NCBI RefSeq assembly: GCF_009914755.1
Contig: NC_060932.1
Reading direction: 5' to 3' (one strand)
Length of the DNA stretch: 64,000 nucleotides
Origin: the human T2T-CHM13v2.0 reference genome, Homo sapiens
Below the pieces are notes generated by a model. It was not told the origin of the DNA. It ran no database searches and saw nothing but the letters and a program-made list of their open reading frames with translations. Position numbers and translations under genes: made by a program. Positions 58,795 through 64,000 of this stretch are shown here, in pieces; position 1 is the first letter of the stretch; every line of letters starts with the position of its first letter.

Positions 58795-60955
58795 TTTTTT
58801 ATTTTGATAAAATATACATAAAATAAAATTCATCTTAAACATGTTTAAAGTTTACAATTTAGTGGTAATAAGCATATTCACATTGTTGTGTGACCATCAA
58901 CACGATCCACCTCTAGGACTTTTTCATGATCTCAAACCCAAACGCTGTACCCATTAAACAACAGATCTCCATTCTTCTCACCTCTAGTGGCTACTGCCCC
59001 TAGCAACCACTATTCTACTTTTCATCTCTTAGTATTTGACTGTTCTGAGTACCTCATATAAATGAAATTATACAACGTTCATCCGTTTGTGTCTAGTTAA
59101 TTTCACTAAGCATAATGTTTTCAAGGTTCAGTCACACTGTAACATACATCACAATCTGATTCCTTTTTTAAGGCTGAAAAATATTATATTGTATGTATTA
59201 GATTTTGTTTATCCGTTCATCCATTAAAGGACATTTGTGTCGTTGTTTCCAACTTATGGCTATTGTGATAAAGCAGCTAAGATCATTTGTGTGCAAATAC
59301 CTGTTCAGTTCTTTGCTTTCAATCCTCTTGAGCACAGACCTAAAAGTGGAATTGCTGCACCAGTTGGTAATTCTATGTGTAAGTTTCGAGGTACTTCTGT
59401 ACTGTCTTCCACAGCAGCTGCACCATTTTACATTCCCACCAACAGTGTAAAAACAGTTTCTGCAAATCCTTGTCAACACTTGACCTTTTCTTTTCTATTT
59501 TTAAAATAATAGCTATTCTCATGTGTGCCAGGTGGTATCTTGTGGTTTTGATTTGCATTTCCCTAATGATTAGTGATGAACATCATTTCAGGACCTAATT
59601 GATTATTTTTATATCTTCTTTGAAAAAATGTCTGTTCATCCTTTGCCTATTTTCTAATTGGGTTGGTTGGTTGCTTGTTGTAGAGCTGTGGGAATTCTTT
59701 ATATTCTGGATATTAATCTATCAGATGTATAATTTGCAATTTTTTTCTTCAATTTGGGAATTATCTTCTAACTCTCTTGTTGGTGTCTTTTGATGCACAA
59801 AGTTTTTAATTTTGATGAAGTTCCATTTACCTATTTTTTTCTTTTCTTGCCTGTGTTTTTAATGTCATATCCAAGAAATCATTGCCAACACCAATGTCAT
59901 GAATCTCCCCCCGCCACGTTTTCTTGCAAGAGTTTTTTAGTTCTTACATTTAGCCATCTGATCCTTTGTGAATTAACTTTTTATATATGATGTAAGGGAA
60001 GAATCCAACTTCATTTTATTTTTTTTTTATGTGGACATCCAGTTCTCTGAGCACCATTCATTAAAAAGAATACCTTTTACTATTGAATGATCTTGGCATT
60101 CTTATTGAAAATCATTTGACCATATATGTGAGGGTTTATGTCTAGACTCTGCATTGGTCTAAATGTCTGTTTTTATGCCAGTACCACACTGTTTTTATCA
60201 CTGTAGCTTTGCAGTAAGTTTTGAAATTGGGAAGTGTGAGTCCTCCAATTTTGTTCTATTTCAAGACTCCTTTTGCTATTCAAAATCCCTTGAGATTCCA
60301 CATAAACTTTTGGATTTCTTTTTCTATTCCTTCAAAAGATATTGTTGATGTTTTAATAGGGATTGCATGAAATCTGTAGATCTCTGTGCAAAGTACTGGC
60401 ACTTCAGCATTAAATCTTTTGATTCATTAACAAAAGATATATTGCTATTTATTGGTGTCTTCTTTAATTTCCTTTGGAAACATTTTATAGATTTTAGTGT
60501 AGGCGTCTTCTGCCTCTTGGGTTAAGTTTATTACTAAATATTTTTGATGCTATTGTAATGGAATTGTTTTCCTAATTTCCTTTTTAAATTGTTCATTGTC
60601 ACTTTGTAGAAAAGCAACAAATTTTTCCACGTTGATTTTGTATCCTGCAACTGTGATGAATTAATTTATTAGTTCCAGCCAGCTTTTTTGTGGAACTTTA
60701 GGATTTTCTATACATAAGATAATGTCATCTGTGAAGAGAGGTAATTTTACTTCTTACTTTACAATGTAGTGCCTTTCATTTTTCTTCTTGCCTAATTACT
60801 CTTGCTAGAATTTCCAGTGCTTTGTGGAATAGAAGTGAAAGGAACATCCTTGTCTTATTCTTGATCTTAGGTGAAAACTTTTAGTCTTTCACCATTGATT
60901 ATGATGTTAGCTCTGTGAATTTTTTAAATATATGGCCTGTAATATGCTGAAAATG
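58795..60955 (-). mobile_element. L1MA/L1MB-type 3' portion (~2.2 kb)
   Basis: ORF 59373-59558 MQIKTTRYHL...HCWWECKMVQLLWKTV is the ORF2p Cys-rich region; L1M 3' UTR at 58795-59200. Confidence 0.9.
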
Positions 60956-61069
60956 TTTCTGAGTTCATTCCTTCTTACCTTAGACTCTCCAATATTAATT
61001 ATACTTCTAAGTTGCTTCCTGGTTGTTTGTAAACTTATTTTTAAAATCAAATTATATTAATAGAAATTA

Positions 61070-61560
61070 TATATTGAGTGCTAAGAAACTCCTGGTCACT
61101 ATGTTACCTGTTGGTAAGTCAGAGATTGCTGAAATATATTTCTTTTTCTTAGGTGCTTAAGCAAGCAGTGGGAAAGAAGTTAAATGGAGTTTTAATAGAA
61201 GTATGCACAGATTGCTATGGAGCAGAGAGGAAGACATAATTAACTTTGCCTAGACAGAAGAGGCTGTACATCCCAAAAGTGAGCATTGAAGGATAAATAA
61301 GAATTTGTATAGTAAAGAATACGCCTGGCATTCAGGAGATAGAAGTTGTTTCCAAAGCATTCTCGGAAGAAAAATTTCATGCACATAGGGTTGGAAATAT
61401 AATGTCACATTCAAGGAATTTCACATAGAAATGCATAAACTGTGCTGTGAATTTGGAATAGGAATAATAGAGGAGGATTGAGAGATGGTAGAAACATGCA
61501 GGAAAAAAACTACGAAGGGCACTGTAAACCTTTGCTAAACCATCTCAAATCAGGACTTGA
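61070..61560 (-). mobile_element. L2 fragment
   Basis: gctatggagcagagagg, ttgaaggataaataaga and gaagggcactgtaaacc motifs. Confidence 0.55.
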
Positions 61561-62892
61561 CGATAGGCAAAAATGTATCAAACTAAATTTGTAAATGACA
61601 GCTTTCTTGAAAATTTAGACAAAAATTCTTTTTATGTAAAAAGCATATATTAAATATGTGATGAAAAGTGAGTCTCACGTTTTTCTTTTAGCAATATGTT
61701 TCTTTAAAACAATATGGGAAGAAATTTGGTGTTTGCTATGGGCAAAGGTTTTCTACATCCTTGGACCTTCAGGAGCACCTGCTCTTTGGTTTGGGGAGAA
61801 CCAGAGAGAAAGCCACTGCAGGAATTAAGCAAGACAAGGGCGTGATCACGTCTGAATTATCAAAGGAATTACACTTTAGTTACACGACTCATCTTTCAAC
61901 ATCTCACTACACTCCCTAAAACAATTCCCAAAACACACACTTTCAGTATTATCTGGGTCTAAATACATCTGTAGTGTTTCTGGTAATGTTCTAAGACAGA
62001 TTGAGGAAAAGAGTTTTTATGATTCTATTTGTTTTTCAACAGTTATGTAAATCCTTATACATATGCTCCCCATTGAATATTTACTGTTTCTTCATTATAA
62101 TTTAGACAAATGTTATATAGGAAGAAAGTATTGAAAAGAAAGCACAAAACATTCAAGAGGCATTATGGCGTGTGTCATGTTAGAAGAGTTTACCACAGGG
62201 TCTTAGCTGGGCTTTTATCCTAACTAGCTGTGTGATCTTGAGAAGTTACTACTTCTGAATCTCACACCTCATATGTAAAATTAATATTTTATTTAAAAGG
62301 AAATTCAATCTCCAAACTCCCTTCTAATTTTACATTTCCATGGCTGTAAAATTTCATTAACAAATATACAACAATCTTTTTAATGAGACTATTTTTCTCT
62401 TAATTCATTTCATTTAAGGTGGTCACTATGCGAGGTGGCTGCTGTTGTCTAATAGGAGAGTCAGTAACTTCCCACAAGCACCATGGTCCTCAGATGTGGA
62501 TCATTTACAGTGCTCAGAAAAGTCCTGTAAATAGCCCACGCCCAGATCAGGACTGCCTCATGTTAAACTTATCAACTTCATTACAATGTCACTCTCATGC
62601 TTGCCTACTAAGAAGGAAGAATGACACAGGAGTGGATTTCTTTTCTGAATCACAGAAAAAAACTGTAAATCCATCAGATTTCCCAAGCAGGCAGGGTGCT
62701 TTATTAGGTGATAAGAAGGAAAAAGAACCTTCTTTTGCCAACTTTGGCTTGTAAGTTTTCCCATTATCCTGCAAAGTCTGTTCATTATACCACATCATGT
62801 GTGATGCTGTGGCATTTGTCTGGAGTGAGTGATTCACACCTGTTTGTTAACTAGACTCACATTTTAGGAAGCAATAGAAACTGTGATTATTT

Positions 62893-63222
62893 TATTAGTC
62901 TGACTTCAACAAAGAAACGGAACCAAGATTGTGTGTGTATGTGTGTATATATGTATATACACATATACATACACATATATATGCATATAAAATTATATAT
63001 ATAGATAGATACATGCTCCTCAACTTAAGAGCATTGTAAGTTGAAAATATTGTAAGTCAAAAATATATTTAATACACCTATCATTAGCACTGAAAAGATC
63101 AAAATTCAAAATTAGAAGTATGGTTTCGACTGACTGCATATTGCCTTCACACCATCACAAAGCTGAAAAATTACAAGTGAAACCACAGTAAGTTGGATAT
63201 GTCTGTATACATTCATTTTATA

Positions 63223-63257
<35 letters not shown>

Positions 63258-63719
63258 TGTAATTTATTATGGGAATTGGCTCACACAACTATGGAGGCTG
63301 AGAAGACCCACCATCTGCAGTCTATAAGCTGGAGAACGAGGACAGCAGTGGTGTAATTTAGTCTAAATCAAAAATCCTGAGAACTAAGTGGGGTTGGGGA
63401 TGCTGCTGTAAGTTGCAGAGTTTAAAGGACCAAGAACCAGGAGCTCCAATATGCAAAGGCAGAAGAAGATGTATGTGCCGGCTCAAAAAGAGAAAGAATT
63501 TGCCCTTTCTCTGTTTCTCCTATCCAAGTTTTGCTCTCTTCAACAGATTGCATAATGCCCATCCAAGTAGGTGAGAGTGAATCTTCTTTACTCAATCTAC
63601 TGATTCAATGGTCATCTTTTCCAGAAACGCCCTCACAGAGACACCCAGGAATAATGTTTTACCATCTATCTGGGCATCCCTTAGCCCAGTCAAGTTGACA
63701 CATAACATTAATCATTACA
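62893..63719 (-). mobile_element. MLT2 (B/C/D-like) ERVL LTR with an internal TA/TG microsatellite
   Basis: tttattatgggaattggctcac...atggaggctgagaag; end cccagtcaagttgacacataacattaatcattaca. Confidence 0.85.
63012..63205 (+). mobile_element. MER47A (Tigger5-derived), internally deleted, nested in MLT2
   Basis: catgctcctcaactta...gtaagttgaaaatattgtaagtc...agatcaaaattcaaaatt.gaagta.ggtttc...gtctg with TA flanks. Confidence 0.8.
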
Positions 63720-64000
63720 GTAATAAATCAATACTTAAAATCTAAAATAAATTTTGTAAAAAATTAAGTATAATTTTCAAACATATAATGTGAGATTCTT
63801 TTAATATCTTGGCAAGAATTAAGCAAATCTTTTAACTTGTAATTATTTTTCATGTAAAGTTTCAACTGCCACCTATATGTCATTTTCTCTTCCATCTCTG
63901 TTTCTGGATCTTAACTCTTGTATTTACTTGCAGATGCCTGTGCCTGCTGTTAGGCTGTCAGCTCCTTGGAGGCAACACTGGGCTGGAGCAAAGCTCAATA

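Overview
This is AT-rich, CpG-depleted primate genomic DNA, most likely human or another catarrhine, judged from the Alu J/S, L1PA, THE1, MST and MER11 elements. It reads as gene-desert or deep-intronic sequence. I found no credible protein-coding gene, RNA gene, CpG island or CRISPR array. The only recognisable protein sequence in the ORF track is broken LINE-1 ORF2p (49.4-52.4 kb and older fragments). A large share of the window is interspersed repeat: seven Alus, a MER11 (HERV-K HML-8) solo LTR with a perfect 6-bp TSD, a two-LTR THE1C element with a nested Alu, MST/MLT/LTR16 LTRs, young and old L1s, hAT and Tigger DNA transposon fossils, MIR/L2/L3 and microsatellites. I cannot support a new multi-gene biological system. 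The best second-look items are structural or regulatory: a perfect 37-bp palindromic minisatellite ending in overlapping 50-bp and 32-bp perfect palindromes (10.7 kb), an Alu/THE1 deletion fusion, a twin-primed L1, a templated LTR16 duplication, a recursive-splice-like motif, a GNRA-capped hairpin, and motif clusters in unique DNA. Repeat family names come from recalled consensus sequences, not a database search, so subfamily calls and old-repeat boundaries are approximate.
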